A stretch of DNA of 41,175 nt from a virus: the IMG/VR virus record IMGVR_UViG_3300022707_000755, one strand, 5' to 3'. Below are positions 33,661 to 40,890 of the stretch, one piece after another. The stretch's first letter is position 1; the number at the start of each line of letters is the position of its first letter. A model generated the notes under the pieces. That model saw only the letters and a program-made list of their open reading frames with translations, did not search any database and was not told the origin of the DNA. The translations under genes and the position numbers were made by a program.

Positions 33661-33819
33661 CAATTTTTCCCGTGCTGATACACTGATAACCGGCGTTAAG
33701 TACGCTGGAGGACTATTCGTATGTTTACCTCCACGACTGGAGTGGCCCCATTTTAACCTAATAGGCGTTAGCTTACAAATTAGAGGGAGTTGATAGGTTT
33801 TATCTATGATGCGGGCAAT

Positions 33820-33851
33820 AAAAAACCCTGCTAACCGGCCAGTTAATAGGG
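33820..33851 (-). terminator. Intrinsic terminator on the minus strand closing the small-gene cassette (10-bp imperfect stem, U6)
   Basis: Hand-folded CCCUAUUAAC-UGGCCG-GUUAGCAGGG followed by UUUUUU. Confidence 0.6.
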
Positions 33852-33889
33852 CTTTAAATGTTCAACTTCGGTGACAGAGTTATTTTAGC

Positions 33890-34087
33890 CTAATCCTTGC
33901 AGTTGTGGCTATACTTATCATAAGCCCTATCCCAGAACTTAAGCTTCTTGCCAGCTCTGGTGTTTCTTGAGGTGTCATCAGCAGCCCTAAACAACCACTG
34001 AAGCGACATGCCCTTGCAGAACCCATCGAACTCAACCTTGGTTAAGTTCATGGATATTCGATGCATGTTATGGCTAGTCTCGTCCAT
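33890..34087 (-). CDS. Hypothetical protein (cassette gene 6)
   Basis: ORF track; TAATG coupling. Confidence 0.5.
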   Translation of the reverse strand: MDETSHNMHRISMNLTKVEFDGFCKGMSLQWLFRAADDTSRNTRAGKKLKFWDRAYDKYSHNCKD

Positions 34088-34221
34088 TAAAATTTCCTTA
34101 TTGAATAATGCTCAACCACTAAAATCTGGCCGGTTGGTATCTTCATCTCTGGAATATGCTCAAGATATAGGCCGTGCTTACCAAGTAGCATAAATAATCT
34201 CCATCCATAATTTTCGCTCAT
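34087..34221 (-). CDS. Hypothetical peptide (44 aa, cassette gene 5)
   Basis: Hand translation MSENYGWRLFMLLGKHGLYLEHIPEMK...; ATGA and TAATG coupling to both neighbours. Confidence 0.4.
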   Translation of the reverse strand: MSENYGWRLFMLLGKHGLYLEHIPEMKIPTGQILVVEHYSIRKF

Positions 34222-34418
34222 CTCGTCTCCACAGGGTTTAGAACATCATCTCGATATAAATGCATTATTGCTTGGCTGTCTTTGCTGATCATTACAAACT
34301 CATCCAAAGGCTTACCATTAGTCCCCCTCTTCTGAATGATAACCCCCTCCTCCTTGGCTGCTTCGAATACTTCTGTTCTCTTGTGTGATCCTAGGTCACT
34401 TGCGCTATAGGTTTTCAT
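34218..34418 (-). CDS. Small protein with a Phd/YefM-antitoxin-like N-terminus (weak; cassette gene 4)
   Basis: MKTYSASDLGSHKRTEVFEAAKEEGVIIQKRG resembles the YefM/Phd N-terminal pattern. Confidence 0.3.
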   Translation of the reverse strand: MKTYSASDLGSHKRTEVFEAAKEEGVIIQKRGTNGKPLDEFVMISKDSQAIMHLYRDDVLNPVETR

Positions 34419-34666
34419 TTTAGTACCTCATAAGCCTTGACTACAAAATCGGGCTGACCATTAAATTGAACATCGTCAAACCCAGCAGGAATATATAGAT
34501 ACAGGAGCACTCCATCTGAATTGAAACGGGCCTTTATCTTCTCAATGTTAGCTATGTAGTGCTTGCCATCATCACCAATCCATACCCACTTAAACCAGCG
34601 ATAACCACAACGATAATACCTTGACGAATAGACTGGCGTAGGCAGCCAGCAGAATTTACGCTTCAT
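34415..34666 (-). CDS. Hypothetical protein (cassette gene 3)
   Basis: ORF track. Confidence 0.55.
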   Translation of the reverse strand: MKRKFCWLPTPVYSSRYYRCGYRWFKWVWIGDDGKHYIANIEKIKARFNSDGVLLYLYIPAGFDDVQFNGQPDFVVKAYEVLK

Positions 34667-34906
34667 TTAACTATCCTCCTCATAAATAAACATAATAAAC
34701 TCCCAGATAACCCAAATAAAAAATGCAGCAGCTAAGTGGCCAATAAACCATGTTAGTGTAAAAACACTGAAAACCTCATGAAATGGAGCGCCGTTATCAA
34801 ATGCTCTAATATGATTATCCATTCCATATTTCACAATAAATAAAGGAACTAATGTAAAGTAAATACTAGGTACTGCTATCCACATTGATTTCTTTAGTGC
34901 TCTCAT
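34667..34906 (-). CDS. Small membrane protein (cassette gene 2)
   Basis: ORF track; two to three hydrophobic segments. Confidence 0.55.
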   Translation of the reverse strand: MRALKKSMWIAVPSIYFTLVPLFIVKYGMDNHIRAFDNGAPFHEVFSVFTLTWFIGHLAAAFFIWVIWEFIMFIYEEDS

Positions 34907-34917
34907 ATGTTTAGTTA

Positions 34918-35289
34918 TTATCCCTCTCCCTTGTTATCCATTTTTAGTTTGTCGTAATGACGCTCTATATCCGAAACCATTACATGAGTTCTATCATTAT
35001 AAAGCGGGACATTATCAAGCATATCCATAACAGCCTTAGCCTTTACATCAGATAGGGATTGGGCTGGGGTGCAGAATAATAGATTTTCTAACCTTACATT
35101 CCCACCTGTTTTCCTAATATCGGTTTCAATAGTTTTCCTCATATCCTCTGTATGAGCTTTATACTCATCAAGTTCGGCCTGTAGTGATTCTACATCACTG
35201 TAAAATACTAATTCTCCAGACTCGCATTCTTGCAAATATGTGCAGTCATCTTCATCGAAAAGGTGTGTAATTGTGTTATATCGTTTCAT
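34918..35289 (-). CDS. Coiled-coil protein, Ea22-like flavour (cassette gene 1)
   Basis: ORF track; SD TTAAGGGGTAT. Confidence 0.55.
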   Translation of the reverse strand: MKRYNTITHLFDEDDCTYLQECESGELVFYSDVESLQAELDEYKAHTEDMRKTIETDIRKTGGNVRLENLLFCTPAQSLSDVKAKAVMDMLDNVPLYNDRTHVMVSDIERHYDKLKMDNKGEG

Positions 35290-35320
35290 ATATACCCCTT
35301 AACTTGTTAGATTTAATCTA

Positions 35321-35348
35321 AGTATATGCTATAGTCTAATTAAATCAA
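35321..35348 (-). promoter_or_regulatory. Candidate minus-strand promoter of the cassette (TTGATT - 16 nt - TATACT)
   Basis: Hexamers read on the reverse complement, 32 nt upstream of the ATG at 35289. Confidence 0.5.
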
Positions 35349-35359
35349 TAGGAGGATTT

Positions 35360-35521
35360 ATGAAGTTTATCAATGAGAAAGAGATTAAGAAGTGTATTTA
35401 TATGATTAAGCTGGGTGATAAGCTTAAGGTGGACCCTACTGCTTACATAGCTGAAGCAGTAGAGCTATTGAATAATAAGAAAGTGCCAACAAAGGACAGA
35501 GTAGTTAAGCCTGCTGTCTAA
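35360..35521 (+). CDS. Hypothetical 53-aa protein on the opposite strand; its 3' end overlaps the portal gene end by 17 nt
   Basis: Strong SD TAGGAGGA 5 nt before the ATG; hand translation MKFINEKEIKKCIYMIKLGDKLKVDPTAY... Confidence 0.45.
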   Translation: MKFINEKEIKKCIYMIKLGDKLKVDPTAYIAEAVELLNNKKVPTKDRVVKPAV

Positions 35522-37625
35522 TCGGTTGCCTTAAGCTGCCCTTGAGTATGTTGTCAATCTTCTGACCCATAGCCTGGGAGCGCTTGTAATCAATGTTGGC
35601 GCCGGCCTCTTGCGCCTTGACCTGTACCTCGGCACGGTCCGTCTCAGCCTTGAACATTTCAACCTGTACTTTCTGTTGATCGTTCTGGGCTTTGGCCATA
35701 CCAATCTGTGCCTTGGTATCTGCTTCCTTGTTAGCCGCTTGACCTTTTAGAATTTCTGCTTGAGCTGCCATTGCCATAGGATCTGGCTTCTGCTGTTGCT
35801 GTGATTGCTCCGCTAGCATCTGCTCTTCTTCAGGTGTTTCAGGATCTTTAGCGCCGCTCAGAATTAGCTTCTTACGTGCCATCTTGCGAAGGGAATCCAT
35901 ACCAACACCATCCATCATAGACACCTGTGTTAGCATGATCTCTGTGGCCATCTGCGGATCATATGGCGCTATGTTAGACGCCATGTCCTTGAGCTCTTCC
36001 ATGGTCTTATCGCGCATACTCGAATAAGCAGGGCCGATGTCAGCGTATACGTTCCATTCCATATTGGAAATATCGTTGATCACCTTTACTTGGCCGGTCT
36101 CTTTATCAATGATCTGCTCCATGACTTGAGACCTCTTGCGCGTACCGTCCGGCATTGTAAGCGTTACTTGACGTGGCGTGTCGTAGATAACACTGCCTAT
36201 CTCAGCATATACCTTGGCATCGTATCGCTTGGCATGTTTGTTGTGGGTCTGATAAACCATTGACTGCTGGTCAAGCCTTGCTTGTAATGCCAGGACAGCC
36301 TTACCACTTACATCAGGGTCGGCTATGTCTTGAGGTAGGCCAGGGTTGGCAACATCCTCTATAGCCTCCCGGGTCATTGCGCTCAGCTGTAGAAGTGCTG
36401 TTGGTGCTGGTTGTTCCGGCATCATTGCTACCGGTCCAGCAGGAAGCTCTACCCCGTTAGCTGTGGTTCTATTCTGTAAGTTGTAAGGGAAGTTATTATC
36501 TGAACCACCATCCTCATACTGGAACTCAAACCCTCTAATCTGCTCAGGGAAGAAGATAGGCTTGGGTCGAGGACTACGGCTAACAATGTCAGCAAGGTAA
36601 GACATCTGAAAGTTGCGCAGGCGCTGAGGGTCTTTGGCTAGTCGAGTAATACCCTCGTAATGGATCTCTCCTTCAATGTAAGCGAACTCACCGTATATCG
36701 GTATGATTGGCAGGCATTCACCTGGGATAACCTCTTCTGACAGGATGGCTGAGCCTGACGCAATGACTTTCGTAACTTCCCATCGTTCAATCTCTCGATC
36801 GCCTGAGATCTCAAACCCGTTGTCTAATAGGTCATCTTCCATTTCCACTAGCTGAGACTCATAAATTGTGGTGTCTTCACCTAGTGGATTGGTCAGGGTG
36901 ACAAGCTTGTCCTTGATCTTCTCCTTATAGTAGAACTCAGTAACATAGATTTTCTTGTCTGTGCCGCCGGATGTCCAGGGAAATACATAGCTTTGCTCTG
37001 GTTCACCAAAGCTGACAGGGTTGAATTTCTTAGCATCTTCACCCTTTGCATCGTCTTTTTCTTCGCCGGTCAACTCTTCCACTAACTCGTCATAGCCATC
37101 TTCACTGTATGCGCTCAGAACCGATACATAGTGGGCATCTGACCTATCTAGAAGATATGAGTTTGGATCATAGAATACTGTGTTGTTAGCTTCACGAATG
37201 GGTAATCGTTTAATGACCTGGCGATCTAGTCCGGCCTTGGTGGTTTCATACTCTGTGTACATCTTCCAGGCACCAAACCCACACACCACACATTCATTCA
37301 GTGCATTCTCGTAGGCTTGTATCGTTGCGTTGTCTTGTTCATCCGTAAGATATAGTCCTTGGGCAAAGTCACCCGAGTCTTCACGCTCTGCGTCAACTGG
37401 TTCAAAGTCTATCTGAATAGGGTTGGCGGACAGGTCGGCCATGATCTGACGGCCTGCCTTTCGCAACATATCAAACTGGCCACGATAGGCTAGGTTAACT
37501 CCTACTAGCGTGTCGTCCCATTGGGTAATGTGATAAAAGATAAGGTCATCACTCGCCTTCTCTCGGGTAACCTGCCCAGCAATATAGGCTGCATCATGTT
37601 TTTCTTTTAGATCATTTAAATCCAT
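35505..37625 (-). CDS. Portal protein, P22 gp1-like
   Basis: 706 aa; blocks ITQWDD, YRGQFD, GFGAWK, LAKDPQRLRN and PETPEEEQ, plus a long Gln/Ala-rich C-terminal helix as in P22. Confidence 0.88.
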   Translation of the reverse strand: MDLNDLKEKHDAAYIAGQVTREKASDDLIFYHITQWDDTLVGVNLAYRGQFDMLRKAGRQIMADLSANPIQIDFEPVDAEREDSGDFAQGLYLTDEQDNATIQAYENALNECVVCGFGAWKMYTEYETTKAGLDRQVIKRLPIREANNTVFYDPNSYLLDRSDAHYVSVLSAYSEDGYDELVEELTGEEKDDAKGEDAKKFNPVSFGEPEQSYVFPWTSGGTDKKIYVTEFYYKEKIKDKLVTLTNPLGEDTTIYESQLVEMEDDLLDNGFEISGDREIERWEVTKVIASGSAILSEEVIPGECLPIIPIYGEFAYIEGEIHYEGITRLAKDPQRLRNFQMSYLADIVSRSPRPKPIFFPEQIRGFEFQYEDGGSDNNFPYNLQNRTTANGVELPAGPVAMMPEQPAPTALLQLSAMTREAIEDVANPGLPQDIADPDVSGKAVLALQARLDQQSMVYQTHNKHAKRYDAKVYAEIGSVIYDTPRQVTLTMPDGTRKRSQVMEQIIDKETGQVKVINDISNMEWNVYADIGPAYSSMRDKTMEELKDMASNIAPYDPQMATEIMLTQVSMMDGVGMDSLRKMARKKLILSGAKDPETPEEEQMLAEQSQQQQKPDPMAMAAQAEILKGQAANKEADTKAQIGMAKAQNDQQKVQVEMFKAETDRAEVQVKAQEAGANIDYKRSQAMGQKIDNILKGSLRQPIRQQA

Positions 37626-39324
37626 GGCTGGACCCTATAGTATTGATTGGACGCGGAATGTACGCCTGTTCTTGGGTGGTTATTATACTAGCATTGTCAA
37701 ATGATAACACGCAGGCGTCTAGAAGGTTAGGCGATGGTATAACCACCCTGTGGCCATCCGGCATCATGATCCCTCTTCGCATCTCATCCTTAGTGTAGAA
37801 CCTGATCTCACTCCCAGGTCTTAGAGGTAACTTGCAAGCCTCTGCCCTGAGCTTCTGCATCATGTCTGCATCTATACCGGTGCGTGTATCAGGGTTATAC
37901 GTTGCGAAAGATATTAAATCCTTAGGGTCGTGATACTTACCTAATACCACCGCCTCATACGTCTTGAACACTCGGTCGGCAAACGAGATTATGTTCTGGG
38001 CCTTCTTGTTAGCGAACACATCCTTATTGCGCTTCTGGCCACTTAGGTTAATAGCCGTATTGTCTGATTTATACATGGCCTCTGGAAAGTGTACGCTCTC
38101 ACTGCCCTTATACATGAAGGTCTGCACATTCTTGCCGGTGAAGTTGGCAACAGCCTGGTCACGTAGTAGTGCACCCATACCGTCACAGTCCCAACCGAAT
38201 ACATCCGAACCATACTCGTTAGCCATCCTACACGCCACGTCAAACGATCTATTGCCGTTCTCTGCGTCTATCTCTGTGACCTTGTTAAAGATCACGCCCT
38301 GTCTCTCTGAGTAGCCTGTCGCGTCCTTTCCTACGTCTGAGGGATCACATGTAGCAACCTTGCCACCAACCACATCAATCCCAAGTTTAACATGAGCATC
38401 AATACAAGCATCAAACCAATCAGATTGAATAACTGACGTGTCAATATCGTCATTAAAAGCACCGTGCCAGATATGATTAAATCGGCTCTTCGACATACGG
38501 CCATCAGCCAATTTCTCCCGGTCTTTAGACAACTCAGCCTGTAACGACTCATCGTGCTCAAACCAAGGGTTGTCTTCATAGCCTACCTTTATAATTAAGT
38601 GGTATTCATCTTCGTAGTAGCTGCATTTATCAAGATCAGCTTGATAGGGGATTATGTATTCTTTGGACATTGGGTCTTGTGAGCTTTCAGGGTTCCATAA
38701 CCACCATAACTCAGCGCCTTCAACATCTCTCAAGGTTGGACCTAATGTGTCGATGGTGTGCAGTTTGGTCCTGGCGGCCTCTTCCATTAAGAATATCTTG
38801 AAGTTACTGGCGCCCTTCATATCAATTACATTTTGAAGACCTCCGAACTGAAGTAAACCACCGGTCTTATGTTTGATCCGCCACTTACTGGGTACGGATA
38901 GGAATCCCGATGCCGACATATCCTTAATGGCTTTCTCTATGCCTGAATAGATTGACTGTTCCAATGACTTCATACGCTCTCGCATTACAAAGACCTTAGA
39001 GCCACATGAGTTAACATCTCCCACCACGACATCCTGGGCCATGCGTGACTTAGTGCCACCTCGACCGCCAAATACAGCTTTATGCTTCTTGTGGATTAGG
39101 ATTAAGGGTTCAAGCTTCTCGATTAGGCAGATGGTGGGCTCTTCTTCGGTAGGATTCATATTGCCTATGGTGCCCTTCCACTTTCTTAAGAAGTGAGGAA
39201 CTATCACACCATCGATCTTATCTACCCTATCAACAATGCCATATACTGAAGGCTCTAATTTGCCTGCCTGGGCTAATGCCATTTCTGAAAATCGCTCAAC
39301 CTCTTTAGTCATTGGACGGGGCAA
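37612..39324 (-). CDS. terL: Terminase large subunit
   Basis: 570 aa; Walker-A-like GGRGGTKS; sits between the small terminase and the portal. Confidence 0.88.
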   Translation of the reverse strand: MPRPMTKEVERFSEMALAQAGKLEPSVYGIVDRVDKIDGVIVPHFLRKWKGTIGNMNPTEEEPTICLIEKLEPLILIHKKHKAVFGGRGGTKSRMAQDVVVGDVNSCGSKVFVMRERMKSLEQSIYSGIEKAIKDMSASGFLSVPSKWRIKHKTGGLLQFGGLQNVIDMKGASNFKIFLMEEAARTKLHTIDTLGPTLRDVEGAELWWLWNPESSQDPMSKEYIIPYQADLDKCSYYEDEYHLIIKVGYEDNPWFEHDESLQAELSKDREKLADGRMSKSRFNHIWHGAFNDDIDTSVIQSDWFDACIDAHVKLGIDVVGGKVATCDPSDVGKDATGYSERQGVIFNKVTEIDAENGNRSFDVACRMANEYGSDVFGWDCDGMGALLRDQAVANFTGKNVQTFMYKGSESVHFPEAMYKSDNTAINLSGQKRNKDVFANKKAQNIISFADRVFKTYEAVVLGKYHDPKDLISFATYNPDTRTGIDADMMQKLRAEACKLPLRPGSEIRFYTKDEMRRGIMMPDGHRVVIPSPNLLDACVLSFDNASIITTQEQAYIPRPINTIGSSHGFK

Positions 39325-39783
39325 TTAATTCATCTCCAGTACTTTTCGTATTTCTTCTAGCTGCTCTTTCAATACAGTGGATTCTTCTATTATGATAGCG
39401 TCCTTCACTATCCCCACAATCATACTTCCTACATCAGGCGTTAGTGAGCCATTGGATATTGCCTCAACTACTGCGAATGCTCTCTCTGCCGGAGTCCCGT
39501 CCATTGGGAAATCAAACTTAACGGCTGACATAGTAGGCTTAACATTAGACCAGCCCTTATCCCCTAGGAACTTAAGCAACATAGCGGAGTCTTTATCCTC
39601 TGAATTCTTTGCCCGTTTAACAACGCATCGAAAGTAAGCTACCTCAGCCTCATCGTTTGTACTGTCCTCGTTAAGCATCTCAAATGACTCTGCACGCATA
39701 GCATCAATAATGATCCCTTTGGTGCCCCTGCCCCTATTGGGGAGCTTGTCGCCTGATTTGAGTGTTGTCTTGCTCTTGGCCAT
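39325..39783 (-). CDS. terS: Terminase small subunit (candidate)
   Basis: 152 aa immediately upstream of terL; N-terminal basic motif GDKLPNRGRGTKG. Confidence 0.55.
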   Translation of the reverse strand: MAKSKTTLKSGDKLPNRGRGTKGIIIDAMRAESFEMLNEDSTNDEAEVAYFRCVVKRAKNSEDKDSAMLLKFLGDKGWSNVKPTMSAVKFDFPMDGTPAERAFAVVEAISNGSLTPDVGSMIVGIVKDAIIIEESTVLKEQLEEIRKVLEMN

Positions 39784-39788
39784 GCCAG

Positions 39789-39810
39789 CCCTTTAATAAC
39801 CCTTTAATAA
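39789..39810. repeat. Perfect tandem 11-bp repeat CCCTTTAATAA x2 (on the minus strand TTATTAAAGGG x2, duplicating the terS SD)
   Basis: Read directly. Confidence 0.9.
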
Positions 39811-39814
39811 CGTA

Positions 39815-39823
39815 ATTATAACA
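39815..39823 (-). promoter_or_regulatory. Candidate late promoter with an extended -10 element (TGtTATAAT on the minus strand)
   Basis: Reverse complement of ATTATAACA; 32 nt upstream of the terS ATG; no good -35. Confidence 0.45.
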
Positions 39824-39825
39824 CA

Positions 39826-39850
39826 CAAAAAAGCCCCTTGATTGGGGCCT
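39826..39850 (-). terminator. Minus-strand intrinsic terminator (GCCCC-AAUCAA-GGGGC followed by U6) abutting the late -10 element
   Basis: Hand-folded. Confidence 0.55.
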
Positions 39851-39878
39851 GTTTATAGAAGGTTAATTATTGGTCGAG

Positions 39879-39909
39879 TTTATCACGTTTAGGCTTTATC
39901 ACGTATCAC
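39879..39909. promoter_or_regulatory. Direct repeats TTTATCACGT x2 (16-bp period) plus a third TATCAC; candidate activator or terminase recognition sites
   Basis: Copies at 39879-39888 and 39895-39904, TATCAC again at 39904-39909; 60-90 bp upstream of the late -10. Confidence 0.4.
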
Positions 39910-40000
39910 CTGTTTCCTTATAAGCAATCGATATTACACATTTCCATAATCCCAACTAGTCTTATTAATGTAGTACTTAATCATTAAAGGGATAAATGAA

Positions 40001-40411
40001 ATGCAATTCTTAACAATGCTCGCCATCGTTGCTCTGCTTGTAGTTCCTGACTTTTCTGAAGCCGATGAGATGTACCTTGGTCTCCGAACTTACCACTTCG
40101 ACAGGGGTGGGCGTGACTGTATTAATGAGACCCATGACCTTGTTGCTTACAGTAAGCATGGCTATTACGGCGGAACATATGTTAATAGCCAGTGTCGCCG
40201 GTCTTATCTAGTTGGCACTAGCCATAAAATAAAAGGCGGGTTCGGTTATGACGTCTCAATTGTCACGGGGTACCCAAGTTCCATGCATTTAGTCGAGGGT
40301 GTTGTTCTTATACCTACCGTGACATATAAATATTATGTAGACAGTATTGGTGTGAAGATAATTTACGTTCCTACCGTACTTGTGGGCATAGGTATGGCCA
40401 TTATAATCTAG
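40001..40411 (+). CDS. Secreted beta-rich protein, possibly a small outer-membrane beta-barrel (moron)
   Basis: Signal-like MQFLTMLAIVALLVVPDFSEA; alternating Gly/Tyr/Val-rich segments; lone + strand gene between two minus-strand units. Confidence 0.45.
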   Translation: MQFLTMLAIVALLVVPDFSEADEMYLGLRTYHFDRGGRDCINETHDLVAYSKHGYYGGTYVNSQCRRSYLVGTSHKIKGGFGYDVSIVTGYPSSMHLVEGVVLIPTVTYKYYVDSIGVKIIYVPTVLVGIGMAIII

Positions 40412-40416
40412 TCATT

Positions 40417-40440
40417 AAAAAAGCCCCGGTTAAGGGGCTA
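40417..40440. terminator. Bidirectional terminator hairpin (AGCCCC-GGTTAA-GGGGCT) with an A-run on + (a U-run on the minus strand)
   Basis: Hand-folded; lies between the convergent gene ends at 40411 and 40519. Confidence 0.7.
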
Positions 40441-40518
40441 AGCACATCCTTGTGGTCGCTATCCTAATCACACTCCTTGCCGGTTGGTGTAATCGTTAAA
40501 TGCTTGGTTGAATACCAT

Positions 40519-40674
40519 TCATTTCTTGTTCTTCTTTGTTTTCTTCTTTTTATTAGACTTTCCTGCCTTGGATAGGGCGATGGCCACAGCTTGTTTGGGT
40601 TTTTTACCTGACTTTATCTCTTCCTTAATGTTGGAAGAAATGACTTTACGGCTTGATCCTTTCTTAAGTGGCAT
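40519..40674 (-). CDS. Small Lys-rich basic protein (51 aa), last gene of the leftward operon
   Basis: Hand translation [51 protein letters not shown]; its ATG overlaps the end of the upstream gene. Confidence 0.5.
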   Translation of the reverse strand: MPLKKGSSRKVISSNIKEEIKSGKKPKQAVAIALSKAGKSNKKKKTKKNKK

Positions 40675-40873
40675 GCTCTTTTCCTCGTTGGCCTTCTTTA
40701 TACTTTCGTTCTTTCGTTACTGCGAGATGATTCCTAATGGCAATGAAGCAGTGTACAGCCCCAAATACCACAAAGAATATTGTAGACCAGTTATTTACGA
40801 CGAATCCGGTCAGTGCTGTCACCAAGTAAACGGCGAAGTTTGCGGACCCGCTTCCTGTCTCTAATGTATTCAT
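40664..40873 (-). CDS. Small two-TM protein with a charged C-terminus (holin-like architecture)
   Basis: ORF track; [14 protein letters not shown] and [15 protein letters not shown] segments, then [14 protein letters not shown]. Confidence 0.4.
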   Translation of the reverse strand: MNTLETGSGSANFAVYLVTALTGFVVNNWSTIFFVVFGAVHCFIAIRNHLAVTKERKYKEGQRGKEHAT

Positions 40874-40890
40874 CTATCGCAGCCTTAGTC

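Noticed and set aside
34087-34418. Toxin-antitoxin pair based on the Phd/YefM-like N-terminus
   Set aside because: The downstream partners (44 and 65 aa) do not resemble Doc, YoeB, RelE or ParE toxins, and the antitoxin similarity is limited to about 30 residues. It is kept only as a weak note inside the cassette finding.
40508-40864. 118-aa plus-strand ORF
   Set aside because: It is antisense to two coupled minus-strand genes (40519..40674 and 40664..40873), has a TTG start and gives a low-complexity Phe/Leu-rich translation.
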